From positions 22,320,001 through 22,384,000 of the forward strand of contig NC_043014.1 in the NCBI RefSeq assembly GCF_006345805.1: a stretch of DNA of 64,000 bases. Direction: 5' to 3'. Below the pieces are notes generated by a model, which searched no databases, had not been told where the DNA came from, and worked only from the letters and a program-made list of their open reading frames with translations. This document shows, in pieces, positions 26,394 through 42,518 of this stretch. A program made the position numbers and the translations under genes. The first letter of the stretch is position 1. Every line of letters starts with the position of its first letter. This stretch comes from Octopus sinensis. Its lineage: Eukaryota.

Positions 26394-27088
26394 ACACACA
26401 CACACAACTTTGACCTCTTTCTAACCATCGAATGAAACCTTTCCCTGACCATCATTGTCTCTTCATCCATTTGGATCAGCCAATCATTAATATCAGCTAA
26501 ATGCACCTTACAACTTCCCACTGCTCAGCAGCCTCACCCCAAACTCTCTAGTACTCTAAATTAACTCCACCAGATCTATCCTGATTTGCAGTAAATGTCT
26601 TTCATTCCTAGTCAGATTGAGATAGCTAAGTGGATAACTGAAACTTTCCCATAAGCTCATAATACTTCCAAAACCTAAATTAGTTTTCTCACAACTATAT
26701 TGATGCTGGATAAACAAAAAACACTGCCTACAACTTGCAGAAGAAGTTAACAACTGGAAGGTTTTTACCAATCACAACAAATCTACTATCAGAAATGCAA
26801 AGGATGCCTTCATACCTTGTAAACTCCCTCACTTTTAAACTTTTAGTAGAGCTTTCTTTTCTTTCATCATGAAAGTCTCTATAAGCTTTGTGGAACCCTC
26901 CTATCTATTACTATCATGGCTCTGTTTGCAGAACTTTGCATTCGTTTCCTAACTCACCTTAAACTACACACTGTACACATTTAACAAAACTTTGATTATT
27001 CTAATCCAACAAAATGGCAGATCTGTATGGTGATTCTTCTATCACCATAAGAATTTGCTCTCAAGCCAGTTCCTATACTTACCAAGCT

Positions 27089-27121
<33 letters not shown>

Positions 27122-27900
27122 CAAAAGTTAAGAATCATCTCTTCCATCAATATGAGTCACTTATCCTTCTTAATGACAGTCAGTGTAGCTTCCATTGCAA
27201 ACTTCTTTTATTACTCCCATCAATGGTGTGCATTTCAGCAAAAGAAATCTTGTTGCATATGGTATCAACAGAGCCTTTGATCATATTCAGCATGTTGACT
27301 GCCTAGCTAAATCGCTTATATTTAGTCTTCATTTGTCTTTTTCATTTATTAGATTGGACACTTCAGGCTCCAGCATTGCAACATGTGCCAACTACACTCT
27401 CTCTGACCTTCACTGTATCAACTCTGGTTTTTCTTGAGCTCCAGTAATGTTTACTCTTACATGCTGGCCTACATGTCATATCTAACAAGATTATACACCC
27501 TTTTACTCTTCTGTAACCTCCACCCACTCACATACAGGTGTCCTCTACATGCAGCCTAAATACCTCACGTACACTGCTTCTATATAGAATGCCTTTGAGA
27601 CCATCATTAAAGGAGGGAGCATAACCTTGTCTCTTTCAACAACACTGCCACAACTACTTACTATACATGTCAAGGCAGCAGTTGTGTACCTCACTTTCTC
27701 TAGTTATAATTCATAGTCTCTTATAGCATCTCTGGTCTCCTAAAACATCCTTGCATATATCATATTGCCAAAACTGCATCACAAAAATTAGAATTCTTTT
27801 TTAGGGTTACAAAGTACCCTCTACAAAGCTCAGGAAAGAACTACATTAGTTTTACTGATCACATCTCTTGGATGGTATTGACACACAGACAGCCTGGGCT
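24950..27900 (-). mobile_element. Highly degenerate non-LTR retrotransposon remnant
   Basis: Faint RT-like traces on the minus strand (RDDMVCL, CVVTVLLYC); boundaries uncertain. Confidence 0.35.
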
Positions 27901-28116
27901 CCATTCAAAAAATCATTCACTAGATTGGCAAAGGTTTACTAGCCAGCAAGCTTCATCTGTTAAGTTACAAATATTGAGTTTATGGTCATTAGAGCAGTGA
28001 ATAGAATATCTTGCAATATTTACTCTGCCTCTTCTGTGCTCAAATCCTACCCATGTCAACTTGCTTTTTATTCTTTCAGGTTCAATAAATAAAGTGCCCA
28101 TCCAGAACTGGGTGGA

Positions 28117-28183
<67 letters not shown>

Positions 28184-28837
28184 CTCTCTCCCCTCTCCTC
28201 TCTCTCTCCCCCTCACATATGCACACACAGAAGCCAACTGTAACCAGGCTAGAGATGAGTTCTGTCAGTTCAAAAATGTTCAAGTCATTCAGTATATCAC
28301 AGCTACACCCTTACAACCCCATCAGAAGTGCTGAAACCAAGGCAAATATGCTGCATCTTCTCTCTGCTTCTTTTACCACTACTGCAACATCCTCTGCTCC
28401 TCTGAAATAACTAGCTGTTACCATTACTGTGTCTCACCACATATTCTATATAAAACACCCCAATCCTTTGTTCCCAAAATTCCTTCTGGAAATCCCTTCT
28501 TACAAAGATTTTACTTGCAAACATTTGACTCTGACTCTTCGGTTATTTGACTCTGACTTTGGTTTATGGTACCACTGACTGTAACACTCAACTCCTATTC
28601 GTACTTAGACTAATTGTGCATTGTGACTTTCAGATATTGTTTATTGAAGAAGTTACTAACGATTAAGCATGAGACAAACTTATAAAAGTAAGAATGAAGC
28701 TGTTTTTATCCAATGGCCGTTAAGTAAACAGATATAAATGCAATAAAGTATGAAAGAAACAACTTGGTTTATCAGTTCAAAAATTAAGAGTGCAAATTAC
28801 AATAAAAGAGATTGAACATCTAAAAATAACTTAACAA

Positions 28838-29208
28838 GTAGGCATGGTTGTGTGGTAAGAAGTTTGCTTCCCAACCACATGGTTCCAGGTTCAGTCCTAC
28901 TGCATGGCACCTTGGGCAAGGGCCTTCTACTATAGCCTCTGGCCGACCAAAGCCTTGTGAGTAAATTTTGTAGATGGAAACTGAAAGAAGCCTGTTGTGT
29001 GTGTGTGCCTGTTTGTCTCTGTCCCACCCTCTTACCACCACTTGACAACTGGTATTGGTGTGCTTACATCCCTATAACTTAGCAGTTCGGCAAAAGTGAC
29101 CAATAGCATAAGTACTAGGCTTTAAAAAAAAAAGTACTGGAATCCATTCAGCTAAAAATTCTTCAAAGCATGACCACAGTCTAATGACTAAAGCAATAAA
29201 AGATAAAA
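28838..29208 (+). mobile_element. SINE family A
   Basis: tRNA-like head (tggttgtgtggtaagaag...ggttcagtcc), family body and tail. Confidence 0.8.
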
Positions 29209-29799
29209 TGACAATTTTGCAAGAAATAAACTTGGTTAGATACATAACTTCTCTGTTTTAAGATTAAAATATTGTTTGAATATAAAATGAAAGTGAATGG
29301 AACATGAAGCAATATTTGGTCAATTCAAGGCAGCAGGCAGGCAGAATCGTTAACATGCTGGGCAAAAGTGGCATTTTGTATGTCTATGTTCTGAGTTCAA
29401 ATTCCACCTTTCATCCTTTCAAGGTCAATAAAATAAGTACCAGTTGAATACTGGAGGTAATGGAATCAACTTGTCACCTCCCCTCAAACTGCTGGCTTTG
29501 TGTTTGAAAGCAATATTTGGTAAATTTATCAGGGCCCAGAAATTATCTGCCTGTTTTCTTGGGGTTGAGTGGACAGAAAACCAGCTTGTTAGCAACAAAG
29601 ATAAAAATTGAATGATGACAACGAGGACTGGGTCGGTAAAATAGGGAGGGTGTGTAGTGAAGAATGGTGGGTATATATGAGATACCCAATCCTCAGCTAT
29701 GAGGATGGGAATATTCATCCATTCAGTATGGAATAAAAAGTTATATTCTAAAAGATTGAAAAGTTTATTCTTACAAAATTTATTCAAGAAATAGTGTAT

Positions 29800-30156
29800 G
29801 TAGGAGTAGACTTGACTCTGTGGTAAGAAGCTTGCCACATGGTTCCTAGTTCAGTCCCACTGCATAGTACCTTGAACAACTGTCTTCTACTATAGCCTCA
29901 GGCTAACCAAAGCCTTGTGAGTGAATTTGGTAGACAGAAACTGAAAAAGGCCCATCATGTTTGTGTGTGTCCTGCCACTGTTTAACAATCAGTGTTGGTT
30001 TGTTTATATCCTCCATAACTTAGCAGTCCAGCAAAGGTGACCAACAGTATCAGTACCAGGCTTAACAAAAGCAAGTACTGGGGTCAATTCGTTCAACTAA
30101 AAGGTGGTGCCCTAGCATGGTTGCAATCTAATGACTGAAACAAGTAAAAGATAAAA
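29800..30156 (+). mobile_element. SINE family A
   Basis: Same head, body and tail as the 28.8-kb copy. Confidence 0.8.
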
Positions 30157-30894
30157 ATGTATAGAATAAGGATCAAATTGTTAAACCAAACTTAAAATTT
30201 ACTAATATTCTGTTCTTAGAAATAGAATTGCTTCTTTCTGATCCTCCTTCATAGAAACTCTTAAATCTGATTCAATTGTTTTTAAATTAATATCTGTGAA
30301 ATCAGAAATTTTAATGCATTCTGTCTTTAATCAGAGTTGTACAGCTTTACTGATTCCATCTCATTCACTAGATTGGCAAAGGTTTACTAGCCAGCAAGCT
30401 TCCTCTGTTAAGTTACAAATACTGAGTTGACGGTCATTAGAGCTTCTAACTTGAACACATAGACTTCTCCTTAGCTGACTGCTATTACTTGCATGTCAAG
30501 CAACCATGTACAACCTCTCTTATTGGCTTGTGTGATACAGGTATTCTGTTACTGGTTGCAATAATTGGATTGTTACCATGTTGGGGCACTTCTTGTATAC
30601 ACTAATTGGTTCCTTTCCATTTGGCTGCCAGCATTTAAAAAATTAAAGTTTATCAAAGATTTTAAAATTTGGCACATTAATGTACTTTTCCATGCTGAAT
30701 TGCTGGAGTTTGTTTCACTTTTTCCCAGAAAACGCTTTTAAAAAGTTATAGAGGTTTAAAGTTTGATCATTTCCACCCAGTCAGGAAACAGGATTTGGAA
30801 GCTGTCGGTTTGTGTGTGACTGCACATTTTGTCATCAGCATCCTGAAAATAGCACGTGTTGTCAATATTTATATTCTGCATGCAGATAATGAGT

Positions 30895-31210
30895 AAATAA
30901 CACATCTTTTGTAGTTTGAAGCATTCAATATGCATTATTAAATGCATAGCACAAACTTAAAAGGTTTATCCAAAAACGTTATTTAGCTGTTATTTTTAGC
31001 ACACTTCAATGGCAAAATAATGGGTAAACAACATGCATTTAATGCATTAGTACAAACTTATAAGATTTATTCAAAAACGTTATTCAGCTGTTATTTTTGG
31101 CACACCTCAGTGACAAAAAAAAAGTGTAAATAAGACATCTTTTGTAGTTTTAAGCATTCAATATGCATTTAAAGCATTAGTACGAACTCAAAAGATTTAT
31201 CTAAAAACAA
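30895..31210. repeat. Degenerate AT-rich tandem repeat (about three copies, period about 105-130 bp)
   Basis: Recurring aagcattcaatatgcatt, caaaaacgttatt(t/c)agctgttattttt and acatcttttgtagttt. Confidence 0.65.
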
Positions 31211-32803
31211 AATAACACATCACAAATGAAATATTTTTAAAAAACAAACATTATATATATAGTTTAAAAAGTAGAGCATGTGTATGTGTGTGTGTGTATT
31301 CTTTTCCTATAAGAGAGGGAGTGCTCTACAGAACTTGTTTATCTTTTTTAGACACTCAGTATCAAAGTTTTACTTATCAAAATACTTTGTCTTTAAGGTG
31401 CAACTAGACACCATAATGCATCCAGTGTTCCTTAAGTTAACTCCAGAATTTATTCCCAAGTGTTAGCTCTAATGTAGGAGACTTATTATCAAAGGTGTTC
31501 TAATCACTCTGTCTTTTCTTTCAGACAAGGTATCTCTGGGAATACATTATCCAATGTATCCTTTCCTTCTTTTAATACAGCTAGATGACATCTGAGAGAG
31601 ATTTTGGTGCTACTTCTTACCAGTCTAGTGTCTGCATAGAGGCCTCCCTTGTTCAGATAAGCAGTAGCAGTAGTAAAATGACTTGATGTAAGAGATGGCC
31701 TCCTCAAAACAGTTGCTCACCCTTTAGGGTTTCAGACAGAGTGCAACAAAGAGATTGCTCCATCTTTCCTGCCATCATTTTGGCATGTCTTTAGATGCTG
31801 CATCTTACTGCTAGTATTGATATAATTAGATGAATTAGCGCTGAAATGAGAGGAAATTCATTGGTTGACTCTGTGTGTGTGTGCACGTGCACACATGTAT
31901 AACTGTGTCTGTTGGTGTGTATTTTATGTGAGTGTGATTGAGCCTATTTGTGTGTGTGTATATGTGTGCATACATGCATAAACAAATGCATATGTACACG
32001 TGTATATATACACATACATACGTGCACCTATAAAACGTGTGTGACGTAATGTATTATGTCTTGAGTATTTGGGGCAATGATGCAAGCTTGTGCATATATG
32101 TCTTACTTTTGTGTTCATGTGAAGTGCCTGTTTGTGTCTGTAAGTTTGTATGTCATTTTATTTGGGTATATGTGTACATATATGTATGTATACCAGTGTT
32201 ATGTTGGCAAAAGAACAAAACTGCAGGCTGTTAATCAATCAAATTTTCACTTATTGAATGTAAAATATCACACAGTTGTTCAGACTTTAGTCCCAGCTGG
32301 TTTACATCACCATCACTACTACCACCACTATCATTACCATCATCATGACTACCTCTATCACCTGCATGACCATCATCATCACTGCCATCAACACTACCAT
32401 TCTTACTACTAACACCCTTATTCATACTGCTACCACCACCACCACCATATCTGGCACTTTCATGTCTTCCATTACATCACCACCTGAATAAGTACCATAG
32501 TTTATTCCTCCCATTTGTAAATAGATTCCATAGTTAGGTACAATTCAATGATGTGCTAATATAGCTTAGTGAAAGGTAATATTCACATATCTAGTTTTAT
32601 GGAAGTCTACATTGACATATCTTGTAGATGGTGGTTTCCATGGCAATTGATCAATGAATGTAGTCTGTATGTCTGTGGGGTGCCTAATGTAGAGAGATAA
32701 TGTTTTCAATTGTTGTGTAACTCCAGACTGACCCTGATCCAACAGACCTATGACCAAAGTTGTTCCAACTGTGACCATTCCATCTTTATTAGGCCATAGT
32801 GTA

Positions 32804-32836
<33 letters not shown>

Positions 32837-32859
32837 GTGTATATATATATATATACGTA

Positions 32860-34097
32860 CAGTGGTTGGACAAAATAATGGAAACACCTTAAAATTTCAA
32901 ACAAATTTATTTTAATATGGGATAGGACCACCTTTGGCAGTAATTACAGCTTGAATTCTACAAGGTATGGACTCGTACAAAGTTTGAATTGTTTCCAAAG
33001 GAATTTTTGTTCATTCTTTAGCTAAAATAGTCTCCAGTTCTTGTAGTGATGATGGTGGAGGATATTGACTCCTTACTTGCTTTTCTAAAATGCACCATAA
33101 ATGTTCAATAATTTTGAGATCTGGGGTCTGTGGTGGCCAGATAAGATGTTCAACTTCATTAGAATGTTCCTTGTGCCATTCAGTAAACAACTTTAGCTGT
33201 GTGAATTGCTGCATTATCATCCTGAAAGATTGTGTTTCCCTCTGGAAACAGTTCCGCAACCATATGATGAATTTGATCAGATAAAGTGCTTAAATAGTCT
33301 TGACTATTAATTCTGCCATGAAGGGAAACCATTGAGCCAGCTGATTTCCAGATCCTCCTCCATGTTTAAAAGTTGGAAGAAGGCAGTCTGGGTCAAATGC
33401 TTCTTTCAGCTGTCTCCACACATATACTCAGCCGGTGGTCGGAAATAAGGTAAAGGATGACTCGTCTGAGAAAATAACATTCTTCCACTGCTCTAGGGAC
33501 CAATTCTGTAGGTTTTTTACTCCACTCTAAACGCTTTGCAATGTTTGTTTTTGAAAGTAGTGGTTTTCTGATTGCAGCCCTCCCGTGAAATCCAGCTTTG
33601 TGCAGCTTCCGGCAAACAGTTTTTGTGGAAACTGGATTCTCGAGGTTGTCCTTAAGCTCTGCAGTAATTTTGGAAGCTGTACTTTTGTGATCCTTTCTAA
33701 CAATTTGCATAAGTGTCCAATGGTCCTTATCTGAAAGTTTTGGTTTCCTTCTGTTGTTTTGATGAGGAGGTTTTTTCCCTCTTTCTCAAAGGCTGTCATT
33801 ACTTTCAAGACAGTACTTCTTGATACACCAAACATTTTGGCTGCTTTCGTTACACTAGTGCCTGCCATACAAGCACTAACAATATGACCTCTTTGAAAGT
33901 CCGATAGATCTGTCATTTTAATGAATTTTAATTATCTTTTTCTGATGATATCTGAAAAGAAACAGTAATTTTAGCAAAGCATATTAAGCAACACTAATAA
34001 TAAATAAAAAAACATAAAAATAACCAAGCTTTTAGTAGTTTTATAGATATTTCAAAATTATAATGCTAGGTGTTTCCATTATTTTGTCCAACCCATA
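32860..34097 (-). mobile_element. Tc1-type transposon with DD36E spacing (Incomer-like), about 1.24 kb, frameshifted
   Basis: TIR cagtggttggacaaaataatggaaacacct after TA at 32858; 26 bp matched at 34068-34093; transposase pieces MTDLSDFQRG, GRAAIRKP, SDESSF, KHGGGS, FQDDN and WPPQTPDLKIIE. Confidence 0.9.
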
Positions 34098-34099
34098 TA

Positions 34100-34494
34100 T
34101 ACTCTTTTACTCTTTTACTTGTTTCAGTCATTTGACTGCGGCCATGCTGGAGCACCGCCTTTAGTCGAGTAAATCGACCCCGGGACTTATTCTTTGTAAG
34201 CCCAGTACTTATTCTATCGGTCTGTTTTGCCAAACCGCTAAGTGACGGGGACGTAAACACACCAGCATCGGTTGTCAAGCAATGCTAGGGGGACAAACAC
34301 ACACACACATACACATATATACATATATACGACAGGCTTCTTTCAGTTTCCGTCTACCAAATCCACTCACAAGGCATTGGTCGGCCCGGGGCTATAGCAG
34401 AAGACACTTGCCCAAGATGCCACGCATTGGGACTGAACCCGGAACCATGTGGTTGGTTAGCAAGCTACTTACCACACAGCCACTCCTGCGCCTA
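34100..34494 (-). mobile_element. SINE family A, near full-length, apparently young
   Basis: Complete head (ggcgcaggagtggctgtgtggtaag) to tail (gtaaaagagtaaaagag) on the minus strand. Confidence 0.9.
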
Positions 34495-37444
34495 TATATA
34501 TATATATAGGACTTACTATTGAATGTTTCTTCCTTGTTAATATTGTTTACACCAGTGTTTGTTCTGCTCCAATTGATCTATTATTGAATAGGTCTTTTAT
34601 TCAGTTTATATAGCACTACATTATGCAATGTGCCCTTGTGCTTTGAAGACTGTAGTATACGGTTTCAATGAAATTTATTTGCAATTTCTTTCAGGTTGAA
34701 TGACTGTACTGAGACTCCCTGATAGTTAGCAGTTGAGTTTTGGTTTGTGATAGAGAGCTTGAAGGCCCAGGCAGGATTGTTATGATACTGACAGTGTTTG
34801 ATATACTGAAAAATTTCTAACTGGATATACATAGATGTGTCCTCAATGTCACTGAATACTACAAGAGCCAACAAAAGAAAAGAGCTTTTGCATGATCAAC
34901 TGATCACATAAAAATAACTGCTATATCTCGTGGAAATCACTCTCTTTCATCTTGAAAGAGGAAGACCAATAAATTAGTAGTGTTATCTTAAAAGGATTTA
35001 AACTGTATTTTCAAAAGATTTGATAAATGTTTATTTTATGAAAATAGCACTTAAAATCCACTATTGCCTCTTTCCTCTACTCATCATCACCATATCACTA
35101 CTCTTATTGCCACTGAACACCTGCTCTCCATCTACCACTCACCAGTATCAACACCACCTCCATCACTGCATTCACTGTACCACAACAAATATACTTGTGC
35201 ATGATCTTTACTCATGTATTGATCATGAAGGACAGATGTGTATATATATAAACTAGGGCATGTATGTAATTTGTATACTGGGATACTTGTGTATGTGTGT
35301 GTACACATGCTCATAGTATAATGTGTAATTTTGTTTATGTGGTCTGTCTGTTTAGGAGTGTATGAATGTACATTTGTGTGCTTGGTGTACAGTAATAAAT
35401 CAATCAGTCAATGATAATCTATACATATAAATGCTCATGTTATAGTCTGGTTAGTTTATTGACCAACCAGTTGTTACATTAGTAACCTTGGGCACATAAA
35501 TAACTATGTTGACCTGGAAAGGATTTGATTGTGGGACTACTAGTCACCCATTATCTAACTTCTACTGTGAAAGCACTTTTTCATTGTTTTGATTTTTATT
35601 ACAAAATGCCCTTTATGATCAAATTTATGATCAAGGTTGACTTTTGATTCTTGTAAAGTCAATGAAATAAGTACCTGTCATCTGCTGATCATTGATTCAA
35701 TAGACTATATCTTTTCTCTGTCATAAACATGTGGGATTGTGCCCATTTAAACAATTAAATTATGTATTTTTATGTTCTGACTTCAAATCTTGCTAAAGTC
35801 AACTTTGCATTTCTTATTATCTCAGGTTTAATGTAATGAATTTTAGTCAAATATTAAGAGTGATTTCATCAACTATACCCTTCCCCTTGTGCCTAAGTTA
35901 TTATTTATATTTGCTATACTGAACAATTTTTAACTGGATGCACATAGACATATCTTCGATAGAAGAACCAACCAAAGAGCTTTTATATGATCAACTGACC
36001 ATGTAATAGTAACAGCCACATCTCACTGAAATCACACTCTTTCATCTTGAAAGAAGAAGACCAATAAATTAGTAGTGTTATCTTAGGATTTAAACTGTAA
36101 TTTCAAAAGATTTCTTTTGACTCTTTACATTCTGCATTTTATCCATTTAGAGGTCAATAAAATAAAGTAACCAGTCAAGTACTGGGGTTGACGTGATCAA
36201 CTAGCCCTTCCCTTCCCCCTCAGAATTGCTGGCCTTGTGACTAGATTAGAAACTAAGGGTGTGGTATGATAGATAGTCTACTGATATTGAATAGATTATT
36301 AGTAGATTTTCTTTGTCCCTTTATATTCTGAGTTAAAAATCACTCCTGGATTGTTTTTTGCCTTTCATTTGCATGGGATAAATAAGTACCAGCCAAGTAG
36401 TGAAACACATCCAAATATTTAGGACTTAAAAAAAGGAAGACAATAATCAGTTTGTTGAAGCTGCTACATTGACTCTTAGAATTCTGTAATTAAACTGCGA
36501 GTATCACCAAGCTACAAACTGCACATAACTGCAGTTCAAACAGTGTTGTTTAGTGTTGAAATCTGGAACTAAGCACTCTTCTGTGCAAGAAACAAAGATT
36601 AGCCTCATTTTAGTTAGAACTTCATGTCAAAAGATTTCCTGTTTGCATTATTCATGTTTATTTCTTGCATTCTTCCTTTAATTTTCAATCATAACAACAG
36701 TTAATACTTCAAGTGGTGAATTATGGATAGGTGATATTATTTATTTATGATTTAGATAGAGAGAGTTTGGACTTGGTGATATCATCACTATATGTAAGTA
36801 TCTGTGATATTGGGATTTATTGATTTTGAACAGGGGTATTAAAAGTAGGTTATCTGCTTACTTTATGAAGTGAGTTTAATTATTGTAATAAGGGTAAATA
36901 ACACTAATTGTTAGGTCTTAGAAAAACCTTTGATTGGAAGAGAGGAAGGTTTCTCCCAGAATGCTTTTTCTGGTGGAAGTTTGTGCAATGTTTAAGTTAG
37001 AGAGACTAAGTTGAACATAAATTCAAATGTGTGACAGGAAATCAATGCCCAGGAATTGATCTTATAAATATGTATGAAAACATCTATGTGTATGTAATCA
37101 ACTTACTTGTATTCAGTCTACCTGGGCAGGTAAAAATGATTTGACAACAAGTAAATCAACAACACATAAAAATCACATTCACTGTGTATACTAATGATCA
37201 TTATATTGTATCAGAAAATTTCGTCCAAATTCATGCAGTAGTTATATTTTTATGATTTCATACTGGACTAATGACATTTCATCAAAATCTCTAGTTTCTA
37301 ATTAGAAAGCACAAGATTTTAAGAGTTCAGTAGGTCATATGACTTGACAGAAACTCCATTGTTTTCTTTTTGATCCCTACCTAACTCAGATTATTAGTGA
37401 CTTTGAATATTACTGCTTTGTCTCCTGCATACCAGTTATAGTAA

Positions 37445-38860
<1,416 letters not shown>

Positions 38861-39824
38861 TAATTTCCCTCAAATTACATCTTACAGGCTTCAAAAGTAG
38901 GGCCACATTAGATGATATAATTCTAGTCATACAAAAAGACAGACTGAGCACTGTTAGAATGGTTTTGATCATTGCACTGCTTCATCAGCTTTGACTTGCA
39001 GCTAAACAATAACATAATAACAATCTCATAGCACCGCCCATCAACTTGTGTCATCTCTGTCTGCACGCGCGCACACACACACAGAAATATTTTATTTTGA
39101 ATTTTATATTGCTCTCTGTGAATAGCAGCATCAATACTTAGAGATTTTTAACAGTCACTGTTTCACTGCATTTGCAATGGCAATAGTGACAAGGGATTGT
39201 TTATGCAATTCAGGCAGAACAAGTATGATGAAGGATTTTTTTTTATTTAAAAGCAATAGTTTATTGGGTTTTCTCACTGTTGTTATGTACTCCTTTTGCT
39301 GATGCACATTACCTAAAGTCATTCACACACACACATTGAGTCACAGGCATGGCCCTTAAGCACAGGTATGACTATATGAATATGGAGTTCACTTTATAAC
39401 CACATGGTTTTGAGTTCTTTCTTAGTGTATGACACCCTAAGCAAGTGTCTTCAACTATAGCCTTCAGTTGACCAGTGCTATGTGAGTGTAACTGTATGGA
39501 AACCTAATGTGTTTGGGTGGGCAAATGGTGACCATCTACATATTTACTTGTTACTGGCCTGAGTAAAATAGTGGATGATGTTTACTTCTCGAGTTGACAA
39601 AATGTCCCATTGCTCTGTGCTTTTGAAGACCAGTGGAATAACAAGTCCCTTACTTGAAAAACAGCTAAGGTTTGACAACAGGAAGAGTATTCAGTTACAA
39701 AATGGTACCTGAAATAAGTTCCTGTTTAGTGTACGCTAGCATGAAAAAATTGGCGTAAAACCAAATGAAACACACATGCATGCATGCGCACACGTGTGCA
39801 CACACATTTATATGGCATTGTTAA

Positions 39825-39995
39825 GGCACAAGCATGGCTGTGTGGTTTAGAAGTTTGCTTCACAACCACATGGTTTTGGGTTCAGCCCAGCTGCATGGTA
39901 CTTTGGACAAGTGCCTTCTACTATTGCTCTGGACCGACAAAAGCCTTGTGAGTGGATTTGGAAGAAAAAACGCAAAGAAGCCTGTCAGTGTGTGT
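39825..39995 (+). mobile_element. SINE family A, 5' half
   Basis: Head and body similarity. Confidence 0.7.
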
Positions 39996-41999
39996 GTTTA
40001 TCTAAAAATCAACTGCTTTTTTGAAGACATGTGATCTCATACTTGAAAAAACAGCAACAGGAAAGGTATCCAGCTCTAGAATAATGCCACAGTAATATAT
40101 TTGTGTAACTCATGCTAGCATTGAAAAATGAATGTAAAAATAAAATATACGTATGTATATATATTTATATATCTTCATCATCATTTAACATCCCCTTTCC
40201 TATGCTGGCATGGGTTTTGTGTGTGCGTGTGCGCGCGCGCGCACACACACACACACACACATTACGGACTTCTGCACAAGTTTTACCTGTGGAATTTTGC
40301 TTACAAGGTATTTATTGATCAGTCTGAAGTTTTATTTGGAGAAACTTGCCCAAAGTTCATGCAATGGGATCAGTTAGTAATCATTGTTGATGGTTAAAAA
40401 TGTCACACTGCTTGGTATGGAATTAATCATTGTTGCATCAGTAATTAATTGATAGTTAAACAATATTATTGTTATTGATATTTATTTTTAGTTTTCTGAC
40501 CTATCATCATTTTTTTATGCACACTTTTTGTGTTGGCTTGGATTGAATGATTTAACTGGATTTGATGTGTCAGAGGACTTTCTTGCTCCATTGTCTCAGT
40601 TTTGGGTTGATTTCTGTGGCTGCTTGCTCTTCTTCACACCAATCCCTTTACTTAGTGTACTGGATGAATTTTTTCTCACACCAATACTGTAGAAGTTGTT
40701 TTGCCCTCGCCACTGACGCGAGAGAAAGGATTATTTGTTGAGCTTGCATGTAGACATAAAACAAAAAAAAATTGAAAATTTGAAGGTAAGGAGAGAAACA
40801 GGAAGGTTAAAAAAGATTGAGTATTAAAAATATTTATCACAAGAACTTCTACATAGGAGGGAAACAAAATTTCAGGTGTTCCCAAATAATAGAAGAAAAA
40901 TAGAAGACAAGTTGAGAGAGAAATTAACTGCTTCTAGATAAATTAGAAGGGTGGATAAAGTAAATAATGATACTCTTCAAAAAAAAAAAATATCAGCAGC
41001 ATAGTTGTAAAGAAATGGTAATTGTTTGCCAGTTTTGTGATTCATTGGCCCTTTAGCATTCAGAAATACTCTTTCAAATATAATGCTTATTTATTTACAT
41101 TGTTTTGAATTAATCATGGCTTATCTCATCTCTTCAAGATTTCAATGATGTGAAGATTTATTTTTAGAATGACATTGTAGGGTGGGTGTGAGAGGCTGAA
41201 TTTGGCTTGCTTGAACATAAAACTAGCAGAATATTTGGACCAGATGTGGCCAGTATAAATACTAATGGGTTTAACTTTCCATCCCAGCATTCAGCTGATG
41301 ATAATTTTGTAACTGTTGTCACAAGAGTACAGTTTCATTCTATTAAAAAAATTCACTTGAAGTAATATTTAAAGAAATTGTATCTGGTCTCATAAAGAGC
41401 TTTACTTTGTATTTAACCATGGAGCTAAATATTAGATAGGATATCAAACCTATCTATACTGAAATAGGTTTGATGGTATTTAAATGATTTGAGTATTTAA
41501 CTTATAGAGTAAAATAGTTCCAAAGTCACTTTTTTTTTCTTGATGGTGGTGGTGGTGGTTCTAAAATCCCACCCCTCTGTCATTATTGATAATTAAATGG
41601 TATTACTTTTATATCTATTACAAATATGCAAATGAGAAATTTGTCTTACTTAATTTTAACTTAAATAAATATTTCAATTTTGAAAATTTTCATTTCATTA
41701 TTAGAAAAAAATACAATGATAATTACTGTAACTCTGTAACATGGCATAATATTACCTATAAGTGGCAAATATATATTCCCAACATTAAAATACTGTCATA
41801 TGACAAGTGTGTGCATGTGTATGTGTATAAAGTCAGTTAATAAAGCTATTTATATCCTCCAAATGATTCATTATTTGTGTAGTTATTTATCTATGTCCCA
41901 GCTTTACATTTACCCTTTATTTCTAATATTTTGATTTGTGTTGCATAAACTACATCTATGAGGACTAAACAATACATGTTAAATTTTTTAAACCAAGTA

Positions 42000-42230
42000 T
42001 AGAGGCACAGGTGTGGAGATGTGATAAGAAGCTTGCTTCCCAGCCACATGGTTCCAGGCTCAGTCTCACTGCATGGCACCTTGGGCAAGTGTCTTCTATT
42101 GTAGTCTCAGGCCAACCAAAAACCTGTAGGTGGATTTGGCAGACAGAAACTGTGAGAAGCCCATTGTGTGTGTGTGTATTTGTCCCCCCACCATTGCTTG
42201 ACAACTGATGTTGCTGTGTTTATTTTCATG
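42000..42230 (+). mobile_element. SINE family A, 5' part
   Basis: Head and body similarity. Confidence 0.7.
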
Positions 42231-42518
42231 ATAAATAAAGTATCAAGTGGTTTTGATATTTCTATATCATAATGGATATGTAGGAAATGATAATAAAAGA
42301 TCATGAAGGAGTATCAAATATATCATGTCATTGTTGATTAACCCCAGGTCAGCTCTGATTAAACAGACCTATAATCAAAAGCATTCCTTCTATGACTATC
42401 CTATCTTTTGTTCAGAGACAAAGTGTATCTAGGATCACATGATATGATTTGTCCTTCCTTTTTACATATATGTATATATATGTATATCTATCTATATATA
42501 TATATATATACATACATA

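Noticed and set aside
32231-32450. His-rich and Asp/Gly-rich ORFs
   Set aside because: Derived from (CAT/CAC)n trinucleotide repeats with no splice support
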